Positions 10,443 through 19,518 of a stretch of 32,172 bases of DNA are shown here, piece after piece. The position numbers were made by a program, and so were the translations under genes. This stretch comes from Gemmatimonadota bacterium (GTDB taxonomy: Bacteria; Gemmatimonadota; Gemmatimonadetes; Gemmatimonadales; Gemmatimonadaceae): positions 1-32,172 of the forward strand of contig JANMLN010000150.1 of the NCBI GenBank assembly GCA_031372565.1, read 5' to 3'. Below the pieces are notes generated by a model. It searched no databases. It was given only the letters and a program-made list of their open reading frames with translations, and was not told the DNA's origin. Within the stretch, counting starts at the first letter, position 1. Each line of letters begins with the position of its first letter.

Positions 10443-10452
10443 CCGGCGTGCA

Positions 10453-10866
10453 CTACTGGCAGAAGACCTGACCCTCGCTGGTCGCAGGCGACACGGGGCT
10501 GACGGGCCCCCAGAAGACCGCGCACGTGATCGGATACGCCAGCGGGTGCGTCCCGGTGGCGGACCATCCCAGCGTGGAGGACTCGTTGATCGTGATCGAG
10601 ACGCCCGGCGAGTGCAGGTAGTTCAGCAGCGCAGGATCGCTCGCATACACGTTGCGCTCGAGGAAGTAATCCTCCTGCGCCACGGACAGCGTGCGCAGAT
10701 CCGAGCGGATGGCGGCCGAGTAGGTCATCGAGCGCGAGCGACCGAACTTCGGAATGGCGAACGCCGCCAGCACGCCGATGATCACGACGACCATCAGGAT
10801 CTCGATCAGCGTGAAGCCGAAGCGAGGGTCAGGGGCGGTGCGCTTGCTTGCCGAGATGAGCGTCAT
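10453..10866 (-). CDS. Type IV pilin / pseudopilin-like protein
   Basis: Prepilin cleavage motif G|FTLIEILMVVVIIGVLAAFAIPKF and a C-terminal Cys pair. Confidence 0.9.
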   Translation of the reverse strand: MTLISASKRTAPDPRFGFTLIEILMVVVIIGVLAAFAIPKFGRSRSMTYSAAIRSDLRTLSVAQEDYFLERNVYASDPALLNYLHSPGVSITINESSTLGWSATGTHPLAYPITCAVFWGPVSPVSPATSEGQVFCQ

Positions 10867-10880
10867 GTATCGGACAAGAG

Positions 10881-10897
10881 TGCAACCCCGGGGCCAA
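10881..10897 (-). promoter_or_regulatory. Sigma54 (-24/-12) promoter of the pilin gene
   Basis: The minus strand reads TTGGCCCCGGGGTTGCA: GG-N10-GC in a TGGC...TTGCA context, ending 14 nt before the pilin ATG. Confidence 0.7.
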
Positions 10898-11057
10898 CCG
10901 GCTGCGAGTAAACACTTGCACAGTTAAGTGACGACAGAGCAACGGAGTACGCAACCCCTGTGGCGCCGGCCTGATGTACACGCGCCACGGCGGATCGGCC
11001 GCAGTGCAGCGAAACGCCACGGTGTCACCTGTGATGGCGCGCACACGAAGTATCGGC

Positions 11058-13886
11058 TCAATGCTTGGCGTCCACCCAGTTGTCGCCCACGCCCAGGTCG
11101 ACGACCAGCGGGATGGCCAGCGCCGCCGCTCCCTCCATCGCCTCGCGAACCAACGTGCTGAGCAGTTCGATTTCCTGCGGCGGGGCCTCGAACACCAGTT
11201 CGTCGTGCACTTGCAGCAGCATCTTGGCCTGGAGTCCGTGCTGTCGCAGCGCATCGTCCACGCGCAGCATGGCCCGCTTGATCAGATCCGCCGCCGAACC
11301 CTGGATGGGCGCGTTCGTGGCGACCCGTTCGCCGAATGCGCGCATGTTGAAGTTCTTTTCCTTGAGCTCCGGGATGTAGCGGCGCCGCCCGAAGATCGTC
11401 TCGACGTAGCCCTGCGCCCGTGCGGTCTCCACCGCGCCATCGAGCCAGGCCCGCACACCGGCAAAGCGCGTGAAGTAGGTCTCGATGAACGCCTTGGCGT
11501 CGGCATGATCGATCTTGAGTTGCCGCGACAGCGCGTGTGCGCCCTGACCGTAGATCGTCGCGAAGTTGATCGTCTTGGCGCGGGCGCGCATCTCCGGCGT
11601 GACGTGCGCAACCTCGACGCCGAAGATGACCGAGGCCGTCTGCCGATGGATGTCGCCACCGGCGCGGAAGGCGGCCACAAAGGCGGGGTCGCCCGAGAGA
11701 TGCGCCAGCAACCGCAGCTCGATCTGCGAGTAGTCGGCGACCAGGAAGCGCCACCCGGCACGCGGCACGAACCCGCGGCGAATGTCTTTCCCGAGCTCGG
11801 TGCGCACGGGGATGTTCTGCAGATTCGGATCACTCGACGACAGGCGCCCGGTGGCCGCCACCGTCTGGCTGAAGCTGGTGTGCAACCGCCCCGTGGTCGG
11901 GTGCACCAACAACGGCAGCGTGTCGAGATAGGTGCTCTCGAGCTTGGCCAACTCGCGATAGTCCATCAGCAGCTGCGGCAACACATGCCCCTGCTCGGCG
12001 AGTTCCTGCAGCACGGTCGCATCGGTGCTGGCGCCGGTCGCGGTCTTCTTGAGCACGGGGAGCCCGAGCTTCTCGAAGAGGATGACGCGCAGCTGCGGAT
12101 TCGAATTGACGTTGAACACTTCGCCCGCTGCGGCGTGAATCGCGCGCTCGGCCGCCTCGCGCTCACCCTGAAAGCGCGTCTTGAGCGAGCGGAACCAGTC
12201 GAGGTTGATGCCGATCCCTTCCCATTCCATGTCGGCGAGCACGCCGAGGAGCGGAATCTCGAGGCCGTGGTAGAGGGCATCGTGCGGGACGACCTGCGGC
12301 GCGAAGAGATCGCGGAGGCGCAGCGCCATGTCCGCGTCTTCGGCCGAGTACCCGCACGCGATGTCGAGCGGCACTTCGGCGAACGAGAGCTGCTTCTTGC
12401 CTTTGCCCGTGACCTCCGCGTAGGCGATCATGCGATGTCCGAGGAAGGTGAGCGCCAGCATGTCGAGTCCGTGCGAGCGGCGGCTCGGATCGAGCAGATA
12501 GCTGGCCAGCATCGTGTCGAAGTCGATGCCGCGCAGCCTCACGCCGGCGCGGCGCAACACGAGCAAGTCGAACTTGAGGTTCTGGCCGATCTTGGGGAGC
12601 GACGCGTCCTCGAGCAGCGCGCGCAGTCCGGCGCAGGCGGCGCTCTGGAGCGGTGGCAGGTTCTGCACCGCGGCACCGGCCGAGGGATCGGGCAGCAGCT
12701 CACCCTGGGTCGGCAGCGGGCCGCGATGCGCGAACGGCAGGTAGTACGCGTCGCCCGGCGCCAACGCCACGGCGATGCCGACGAGGTTGGCGCGCATCGG
12801 ATCGACGGCGATCGGTGCACCGGGATCGCTCTCGGTCTCGGTGTCGACCGACATGAATCCGGTCGAGCGCACGCGCGCGACGAGCGCGTCAAGCGCGGCG
12901 ACCGTGTTCACCAGCGTGTAGTGCGTGGCGATGGTGGGGGCGACGGGCAGTGCATCGACGGTGGTCACGGCGTCCGGCGGCGACTCGCCTCCACCGACCG
13001 CCTTGGCCATCGAGTGGAACTCGAGCTCGACGTAGAGATTGCGCAGGCGCGGCGCGTCTGGCGCGCGGACGGCCAGCGTTGCCAGGTCGAGCGTGATCGG
13101 GACGTCGTCCTTGATGGTGACCAGTTCCTTCGACAGACGCGCGAGGTCGGCGTGCGCGAGCAAGGCTTCGCGCGGTCGCTTCTGCTTCACGTCGGCCGCG
13201 CCGGCCAGGATGGCCTCGAGCGTGTCGAACTGCGCGATCAGCGCCTGCGCCGTCTTCTCTCCGATGCCGTGCACCCCCGGCACGTTGTCCGAGCTGTCGC
13301 CCAGCAACGCGAGGAAATCGGTGACGCGTTCGGGCGGCACCCCCAGTCGCTCGCCGCCATTCTCGACGCCCACCCATTGCTCTTCGACGGAGGCTGGCCC
13401 GCCGCGCCCGGGATTGAGCAGCCAGACATGCTCGCGCACCAACTGCTGGAAATCCTTGTCTCCCGACACGATCACGACCTCCATCCCCTGCGCGACCCCC
13501 TGCTTGGCAAGGGTGCCGATCACGTCGTCCGCCTCATAGCCCTCGACCGACAGCACGGGGATGTGGAACGCCGACAGGAGCATGGTGATGCGCTCGAGCC
13601 CACGATCGAAGTCCGCCTGCAGTTCGTCGGTGAGCTTCTCGCGCGTGGCCTTATACGCGGGATACACCTCGTGGCGGAACGACAGGCCCGCATCGTGCAC
13701 CCAGCCCACGTACTCGGGCTGATGCTTCGCGAGGAGTCGCTGCAGGAAGTTCGCGATCCCCCAGACGGCCGAGGTGTTCTCGCCGCGGCTCGTGGTGAGC
13801 GGGCGCGTGAGGAGGGCAAAGAACGCGCGATAGATCAGCGCGTACCCATCCACGAGGAAGAGGCGGGGGCCGGTGGGATGCTCCAT
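11058..13886 (-). CDS. polA: DNA polymerase I
   Basis: 5'-3' exonuclease (LVDGYALIYRAFF, YEADDVIG), 3'-5' exonuclease motifs (DTET, QNLKFD, YSAED) and polymerase motifs A/B/C (DYSQIELR, RAKTINFATIYG, QVHDEL). Confidence 0.99.
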   Translation of the reverse strand: MEHPTGPRLFLVDGYALIYRAFFALLTRPLTTSRGENTSAVWGIANFLQRLLAKHQPEYVGWVHDAGLSFRHEVYPAYKATREKLTDELQADFDRGLERITMLLSAFHIPVLSVEGYEADDVIGTLAKQGVAQGMEVVIVSGDKDFQQLVREHVWLLNPGRGGPASVEEQWVGVENGGERLGVPPERVTDFLALLGDSSDNVPGVHGIGEKTAQALIAQFDTLEAILAGAADVKQKRPREALLAHADLARLSKELVTIKDDVPITLDLATLAVRAPDAPRLRNLYVELEFHSMAKAVGGGESPPDAVTTVDALPVAPTIATHYTLVNTVAALDALVARVRSTGFMSVDTETESDPGAPIAVDPMRANLVGIAVALAPGDAYYLPFAHRGPLPTQGELLPDPSAGAAVQNLPPLQSAACAGLRALLEDASLPKIGQNLKFDLLVLRRAGVRLRGIDFDTMLASYLLDPSRRSHGLDMLALTFLGHRMIAYAEVTGKGKKQLSFAEVPLDIACGYSAEDADMALRLRDLFAPQVVPHDALYHGLEIPLLGVLADMEWEGIGINLDWFRSLKTRFQGEREAAERAIHAAAGEVFNVNSNPQLRVILFEKLGLPVLKKTATGASTDATVLQELAEQGHVLPQLLMDYRELAKLESTYLDTLPLLVHPTTGRLHTSFSQTVAATGRLSSSDPNLQNIPVRTELGKDIRRGFVPRAGWRFLVADYSQIELRLLAHLSGDPAFVAAFRAGGDIHRQTASVIFGVEVAHVTPEMRARAKTINFATIYGQGAHALSRQLKIDHADAKAFIETYFTRFAGVRAWLDGAVETARAQGYVETIFGRRRYIPELKEKNFNMRAFGERVATNAPIQGSAADLIKRAMLRVDDALRQHGLQAKMLLQVHDELVFEAPPQEIELLSTLVREAMEGAAALAIPLVVDLGVGDNWVDAKH

Positions 13887-13949
13887 GGTGCGCGCACGTT
13901 ATCCGCGCGCTCCGCAGAAAACGAGGCCGAGCGCAGATCACATGCGACA

Positions 13950-13979
13950 ACGGGCGCCCACCGCGTCGTGGGCGCCCGT
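13950..13979 (-). terminator. Hairpin, probable terminator of the cold-shock gene
   Basis: Perfect 12-bp stem ACGGGCGCCCAC/GTGGGCGCCCGT with a 6-nt loop, just downstream of the csp stop. The U-tract is weak. Confidence 0.6.
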
Positions 13980-14005
13980 CTCCAGCGCGTTCGGGGTGGG
14001 GCGGC

Positions 14006-14206
14006 TCAGACCTTCGTGACCGACGACGCCGCGAGCCCCTTCTCGCCCTGACGCACTTCAAACTCGACCAGCTGGCCCGGCTGCAAGCTCTTGAAGCCGT
14101 CCATCTGAATGGTCGAGAAGTGCACGAACACGTCCTCTGCCCCCGGCTGCTCGATGAAGCCGAAGCCCTTCGCATCGTTGAACCACTTCACATTCCCGCG
14201 CGGCAT
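14006..14206 (-). CDS. Cold-shock domain protein (CspA family), 66 aa
   Basis: [18 protein letters not shown]...DVFVHFS (RNP1/RNP2). GGAGGG RBS before ATG 14206. Confidence 0.96.
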   Translation of the reverse strand: MPRGNVKWFNDAKGFGFIEQPGAEDVFVHFSTIQMDGFKSLQPGQLVEFEVRQGEKGLAASSVTKV

Positions 14207-14286
14207 GTCCCGTCCCTCCAACTCCCATGGTTTGTCATCGGCACCGGAAGCCGCAGGCGCCGTGCGGCCGAAACGGTCCGCACTCC

Positions 14287-14316
14287 ACGCTAGCATAGAA
14301 ACGTATCTTTTGTCAA
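14287..14316 (-). promoter_or_regulatory. Sigma70 promoter of the csp gene
   Basis: Minus strand TTGACA-18 bp-TAGCGT with a TGn extension and an AT-rich upstream tract. Confidence 0.65.
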
Positions 14317-14389
14317 TTACGTCTGTTTTATCTATACATTGTCGCAGGCCAGGAGCCGAGGGCGAGCGGGGGTGCGTCACGCGGGGCGG

Positions 14390-15808
14390 CTAGCGGCGCC
14401 CGGTCTGCTCCTGCAGCAGGCGCGCGACCTGCTGGAAATCATTCGCCGAGGCGGGGGTGAGGCGCCACCGGCCGGAGCCCGACTGGTCCACGAAAACCAG
14501 CGTCAGGCGGCGACTCAGGAACTCCCACACGAGCACGCGCCCCCGGTTGGTCATGTCCATCGGGGTCGGCTCGCGCATCTGGTCCGGATCACCGAGCGTC
14601 ACGAAGACCATCCCGCGATCCGTCTGCCACCCCGGAATCCCCTCGTCGCGGTACTTCGCATTCGCGATCTCGATCCGACCGAAATAGGCGCGCAGCACAT
14701 CGCCCTTGGAGCCCGTGCCGTTGATGTCCTGCACAAAGGCACCCCACGCCGCCGCCCGTTCGGCGGCGGGCGTCTCACGCAGTCGCGCGAGCCGTCCGGG
14801 GGACGCGAAGTAGCGCAGATAGTTCACCATCTGATCGAACGTCGCCACCGGCAGATCATCGCCGAACGAGACGAACACCGGCGTCGACGACGTATCGCCG
14901 CTGTCGAGCCGTCGCACGCGCACGCGCGCCACGCCAATCCCCAAGGCCGCGGAGGGCACGCGCACGACGCCCGCCACGAGCCGGCCGCGCCGCAGCAGCG
15001 TGCTGGTATCTGTCCACAGGACCGCGTCACCCTCGCCGAGCGCTTCGGTCCGCACCGCAATCCGGTCGCCATCACCGTACGCCTCGACATACAGCGGGAC
15101 CACCGAGTCGCGTCCGAAGACGATCGTCGAGCGCGGGCTCGCCAGGAGGCGCGGCAGCGAGTCGATCGCGCTCCGTGTCGTCGCCTCGTAGAACGGCACC
15201 GGACTCGACAGGGTCCGTGCAACGAGCTTGGGTACCACGAGCGGTCGCGCCGACGACGACGCCTTGCCGGTTGTCTCGTCGCGGACCGTCACCACGAGGT
15301 CACTCGTCCCGGGTGGCACGCTCAGGACCTGCTGGAAGATGACGCTCTCATCCGAGCGCGCGGTCTCCTTGAAGGCAACCACGCGCACCTGGTCGCTTCC
15401 CTCCGCCTTCGCGACGACCTCCCCGGCCTTCCGCACCTCGACCGCGGTTGCGTAGGTCGCCTGATACCGATCGCCTTCGCGCGTGAAGGTGAGCGACCGA
15501 TTCGGAATCGACAGCGTCACGAGCATCAGCGTGCTGTCCGCGTTGGCGCTGCCCAGGAACGCCACCGACCCCACGAACGGCACCGGCGGGCCATCCGCCA
15601 GCAACCCCATGGACTGGTACAGGCGGACCGCATCGATCGCGCCCAGCGCGGACCCCGACAGGGTCGGCACGTTCACGCGCGAGCGCACCGGCGTCACGGG
15701 GCGTGATGAGCCATTGTCCGCTGCCGGACCCGACGAGCCGCCGCCACACGCACCGAGCGTGAGGACGGACAGGGTGATCACGAAGCGAGCGACGACACGG
15801 CGGGGCAT
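14390..15808 (-). CDS. GWxTD domain-containing lipoprotein
   Basis: Lipobox LGAC. C-terminal YFGRIEIANAKY...GWQTDRGMVFVTLGDPD is the GWxTD signature. Confidence 0.88.
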   Translation of the reverse strand: MPRRVVARFVITLSVLTLGACGGGSSGPAADNGSSRPVTPVRSRVNVPTLSGSALGAIDAVRLYQSMGLLADGPPVPFVGSVAFLGSANADSTLMLVTLSIPNRSLTFTREGDRYQATYATAVEVRKAGEVVAKAEGSDQVRVVAFKETARSDESVIFQQVLSVPPGTSDLVVTVRDETTGKASSSARPLVVPKLVARTLSSPVPFYEATTRSAIDSLPRLLASPRSTIVFGRDSVVPLYVEAYGDGDRIAVRTEALGEGDAVLWTDTSTLLRRGRLVAGVVRVPSAALGIGVARVRVRRLDSGDTSSTPVFVSFGDDLPVATFDQMVNYLRYFASPGRLARLRETPAAERAAAWGAFVQDINGTGSKGDVLRAYFGRIEIANAKYRDEGIPGWQTDRGMVFVTLGDPDQMREPTPMDMTNRGRVLVWEFLSRRLTLVFVDQSGSGRWRLTPASANDFQQVARLLQEQTGRR

Positions 15809-15887
15809 GCGGGTCTCCGGCGGGACGAACAGCTGGGGCGGGGGGTCCGCCCGCTGTTACCCCGGAAGTCGGTGGAAGATACCTCGC

Positions 15888-15917
15888 TTGCCGCACCCCT
15901 GTCAGTCGGGTTAGCAT
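15888..15917 (+). promoter_or_regulatory. Putative promoter for a leaderless kinase transcript
   Basis: TTGCCG-18 bp-TAGCAT, then 6 nt to GTG 15924. No SD sequence. Confidence 0.5.
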
Positions 15918-15923
15918 TGCCCC

Positions 15924-16823
15924 GTGCAGAAAGACGCGCTCGTGGGGTCGACCATTGCCGGCTATGTGCTCCAGGAAATGATTGGGGAGGGGGGAACCTC
16001 CACCGTCTATCGTGGAGAGCACCCCACCCACGGCGCCGTCGCGGTCAAGGTGCTGCGCGAAAAGCTGCGGCAAGACCGGACCGCGGTGGCGCGCTTCGTG
16101 CGCGAGGCGCAGTTCGGCGCGCGCGTCGTGCACCCCAACGTCGTCAAGACGATCGAGATCGGCGAAGCCGAGGGACTGCACTTTCTGGTCATCGAGTGGG
16201 CCAAGGGCGAGCTGCTCGAGAAGTACGTCAAGCGCATGGCCCCGCTGCCCAAGGACGAAACCGCCGCGATCATCACGCAGATTGGCGACGCGGTGCAGGC
16301 CGCGCACGCGGAAGGGATCATCCACCGCGATCTCAAGCCCGACAACGTGATGTACGACGCCGAGGCGCGGCACGTGAAGCTCCTCGATTTCGGCATCGCC
16401 ATCACCACCGACACGACGGCCGACGAGCGGCTCACGCGCGCCGGCTTCTTCGTCGGCACGCTCATGTACGTGGCCCCCGAGGCGCTCTCGGGCGAGTTGG
16501 TCGGGCCCGCCGCGGACCAGTACTCGCTCGCGACCATCGCCTATCAGCTGCTCACCGGCGTCCTGCCGTACGGGGCCAAGAACCAGCGCGAGATGTTCGC
16601 CCTGCTCCTCAAGGAACCGCCCACGCCGCTCAACAAGGCGAAGGCGGGACTCTCCTTTCCGGCCAACATCGAGGCCGTGGTCATGAAGGGGCTCGCGAAG
16701 AACCCGAAGGATCGCTACCCGAACGTGCTCGCCTTCGCCAAGGAACTCGCCGACGCGATCGCCGTGCCCGAGCCCGCGCCGTCGGCCGGACTCTTCGGCA
16801 AGGTGCGCAAGCTCTTCGGCTAG
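15924..16823 (+). CDS. Hanks-type Ser/Thr protein kinase (catalytic domain only)
   Basis: GEGGTSTVY, VAVK, HRDLKPDN, DFG, YVAPE and DQYSLA motifs. No TM or PASTA region. Confidence 0.95.
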   Translation: MQKDALVGSTIAGYVLQEMIGEGGTSTVYRGEHPTHGAVAVKVLREKLRQDRTAVARFVREAQFGARVVHPNVVKTIEIGEAEGLHFLVIEWAKGELLEKYVKRMAPLPKDETAAIITQIGDAVQAAHAEGIIHRDLKPDNVMYDAEARHVKLLDFGIAITTDTTADERLTRAGFFVGTLMYVAPEALSGELVGPAADQYSLATIAYQLLTGVLPYGAKNQREMFALLLKEPPTPLNKAKAGLSFPANIEAVVMKGLAKNPKDRYPNVLAFAKELADAIAVPEPAPSAGLFGKVRKLFG

Positions 16824-17827
16824 AGCGGCACCGGCGCCGGCACCACCGGCAGCCACAACGAAAAGATCGATCCTTTGCCTTCGGCGCTCTCCAGCGTGAG
16901 GTCGCCGCCCAAGTGGCGGGCGAGCCGCCGCGAAATGGGAAGCCCGAGGCCAACCCCGCGTGATTCGGACCCGCCGCGCGCGCCGGCCCGTACCTGCTCG
17001 AACTCGTCGAAGACGCGCGCCTGATCGATCGGCGCGATCCCGATCCCGGTATCGGCCACCTGCAACACGACCCATGCACCAGGCCCCGGGGCGCTCGAGA
17101 GCTCCGGATCCGCACTGGGCGCCGCGAGCCGAGCGCGCAGGCTGATGCTCCCCTGCGGCGTGAACTTGATGGCGTTGGCCACGAGGTTCACGATCACCTG
17201 GCGCAACTGCGTGGGGTCGGTCTCGATCCGCGGCAGGCCCGGCCCGACGTTGAGCGACAGGCTCAGGCCGCGCTCACCCGCCAGCGGCTCCATCTCGGTG
17301 GCCACGCTCAGCAAGAAGCCGCGCAGCTCGACCGGTTCGCGGTGCAACTCCATCCGGCCGGCCGCCAAGCGCGCGAGGTCGAGCACCTGATCAACGAGTC
17401 GGCGCAGATGCGTCGCCGAGTCTTCGACTTTGGACACGACCGAGAGTTGACGCGGCGTCAACGCGCCATAGGTGCCGTCGCGCAGCAGCTCCGTGAACCC
17501 GACGATCGCGTGCAGCGGCGTACGCAGCTCATGCGACGCGGCCGCCAGAAACTCGCTCTTGCTCCGATTGGCCCGCAGCAGTTCAGCCGACAGCTGTTCG
17601 AGCTCGGCGGAGCGCGCCCGCGCGCGCCGCGACTGTGCCCGCTCGAGCACGAAGGCGAGGAGCGCCGCCACGGCCGCGCCGCCACCGAGCATGCCGAGCG
17701 CGAGCCGCCCGCTCCCTCCTGCAGGGAGGGCCCGCGCCGCTTCCACGAACCCGGCCACCATGCCACAGACGGCAACGGCCAGCAGCACGGCAGAGGTTCG
17801 GCGTGGCGTCGCAGGAAAGTCGGGCAT
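16820..17827 (-). CDS. Membrane sensor histidine kinase (HisKA + HATPase_c)
   Basis: Two N-terminal hydrophobic helices, H-box SHELRTPL, N-box NLVANAIKFT, G1 DTGIGI and G2 GVGLGL. Confidence 0.93.
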   Translation of the reverse strand: MPDFPATPRRTSAVLLAVAVCGMVAGFVEAARALPAGGSGRLALGMLGGGAAVAALLAFVLERAQSRRARARSAELEQLSAELLRANRSKSEFLAAASHELRTPLHAIVGFTELLRDGTYGALTPRQLSVVSKVEDSATHLRRLVDQVLDLARLAAGRMELHREPVELRGFLLSVATEMEPLAGERGLSLSLNVGPGLPRIETDPTQLRQVIVNLVANAIKFTPQGSISLRARLAAPSADPELSSAPGPGAWVVLQVADTGIGIAPIDQARVFDEFEQVRAGARGGSESRGVGLGLPISRRLARHLGGDLTLESAEGKGSIFSLWLPVVPAPVPL

Positions 17828-17894
17828 CGCGTCCAGGGCAGGGGTGCGGCATCATCTCCGCGCGCAGCCGTGACGCGCAAGGGTGGCCGTGCGA

Positions 17895-18815
17895 TCACAT
17901 CGGCGCTCGTCCCCCGGGGAGCACGACCCGCGCGCGCCCCTCATGCGCTCCGGTCGGTGAGAGCCGACTCAACGCATCCCGATGCGGCCGCACGAGTCGG
18001 TCGATGAAGTGCGCGAGCATCCCGTCGCCGTCGTAGCGGTCGCGGAACCCGGCCGCCGACACGCCGAGCATGCGCCGGGTGTGGCGCCCAAAGCTTTGCG
18101 GGGAGGAGTAGCGCATGAGGTGGGTGACCTCGGTGATCGTGGCACCGGGTCGCTCGAACCGGTCCGCGGCCAACACCAGCCGCGCGGTGGCGAGGTAGAT
18201 CTTGGCGCTGGGCAACCGAAGCCGGAAGAAACGGCTCATGAGCGAGCTGGGGTTGATGTGCAGCCGCTGCGCGAGCTCCCGCGTGCTGGTCATCGTGAGG
18301 CCGTCGAGGAAGATCCGCTCGAAGAGCTGGAGCGCGTCCGGCTGCAGCGCCGGCAGCTCCCGCCAGAGGGCCTCAAGCGAACGGCGGCGGATGTCACCGG
18401 CGTTCTGCGCACCGAGCGCCTGCCGCAGCTCGGCCCAGCCGTGGGCCTGGGAGGCCTCCAGGACCGCGCGAACCCCACACTGACCGAGCTGGAGGGCGGC
18501 CTGAGGCGCGCGGGCGTCTGGACGGGCAAGGAACGCAAAGGCGGGCACGTTGGGAAACTCCCGAACCAGGCGGGTGAGCGCCGGGCGCGCGGTCGGGTGC
18601 CACGCGCCCAGCGAAACCATCACGGCCGCGGCGCGCCGCTCCCGGAGGTCGGCCAGCACCTCGGGAAGCGAACTGCGATGCACGGCGCGGAAAAGGCCCG
18701 CACCAGCCGCGTCGACATGCGGACGCTCGACGAGTGGTACGAGAGTGGTGACGACCGGCGGCTCCGCGCGAGTGGGGGTGGCCTTGGGACGCGGAACAAG
18801 AGACGAGAGGCGCAT
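17895..18815 (-). CDS. AraC-type HTH regulator with an atypical, receiver-like N-terminal domain
   Basis: GGAG RBS before ATG 18815. C-terminal double HTH: TRELAQRLHINPSSLMSRF...TITEVTHLMRYSSPQSFGRHTRRMLGVS. Confidence 0.8.
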   Translation of the reverse strand: MRLSSLVPRPKATPTRAEPPVVTTLVPLVERPHVDAAGAGLFRAVHRSSLPEVLADLRERRAAAVMVSLGAWHPTARPALTRLVREFPNVPAFAFLARPDARAPQAALQLGQCGVRAVLEASQAHGWAELRQALGAQNAGDIRRRSLEALWRELPALQPDALQLFERIFLDGLTMTSTRELAQRLHINPSSLMSRFFRLRLPSAKIYLATARLVLAADRFERPGATITEVTHLMRYSSPQSFGRHTRRMLGVSAAGFRDRYDGDGMLAHFIDRLVRPHRDALSRLSPTGAHEGRARVVLPGGRAPM

Positions 18816-19055
18816 GATGTGGACTCCGGGGGGTCGGCGTGAACAGCGACACGCAACGAGCACGGCGCCGCGGTCGATCGGCGTGACGCAAGGGTGCATC
18901 CCCCCAGTCAGTCCCCCGTCACCTCAGCCGTTTCGCCGAGTCACGGTCGTGAGCGTGACCCGTCAACGTCTGCTGGTTTCCACCGTTCGAATCGCGCAGG
19001 TCGCAACCCGGTATTGCGCCAGCCCGGTATCACCCTTAGCCATTCAGGCGTATTC

Positions 19056-19434
19056 CGTGGCGAGCTGGATGATCGCGGCCGTGGATCGTGCACGGTTCGA
19101 GGAAAGTCCGGGCTCCATTTGGGCACGCTGCCAGGTAACGCCTGGGCGTTCGGGTCACTCCGGGCGACGGACAGGGCAACAGAAAACAGACCGCCCACCA
19201 ATCCATCGGTGGGTAAGGGTGAAACGGTGGGGTAAGAGCCCACCGCGCGGGCGGTAACGCACCGTGGCACGGCAACCCCCAGCGGGAGCAAGGCCAAGTA
19301 AGCGGCGAGAGGCGCCCACCTCGACCAAGACGCCGCGGGTCGGCTGCTACAGGAGACGGGTGACCGGCTCCGCAGAGGAATGATCATCCGGGGCTTCACC
19401 GCCCCGACAGAACCCGGCTTACAGGCTCGTCACG
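19056..19434 (+). ncRNA. rnpB: RNase P RNA, bacterial type A
   Basis: Universal motifs GAGGAAAGTCCGGGCTCC, GCAACAGAAAACAGACCGCC, GGTGAAACGGTGGGGTAAGAGCCCACCG and ACAGAACCCGGCTTA. P1 pairing CGTGGCGAGC/GCTCGTCACG defines the ends. Confidence 0.97.
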
Positions 19435-19440
19435 ACAACA

Positions 19441-19477
19441 TGCGGGGTGCGCTCCTTTCACAGGAACGCACCCCGCA
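19441..19477. terminator. Strong hairpin between convergent rnpB and dnaN
   Basis: TGCGGGGTGCG...CGCACCCCGCA, an 11-bp perfect stem extended by TCCT/AGGA. Confidence 0.7.
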
Positions 19478-19518
19478 CCACATCCCACCCTGTTCCGCCC
19501 GGCGGCCGCGACGCGCCG

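Noticed and set aside
10974..14051. 1025-aa plus-strand ORF and other long antisense ORFs (e.g. 2273-4282, 4240-5775, 15348-17075, 19447-20742)
   Set aside because: They are shadows of well-supported genes on the opposite strand in high-GC DNA, with no motifs of their own.
18894..19399. ORFs overlapping 19056-19434
   Set aside because: The region is explained by RNase P RNA.
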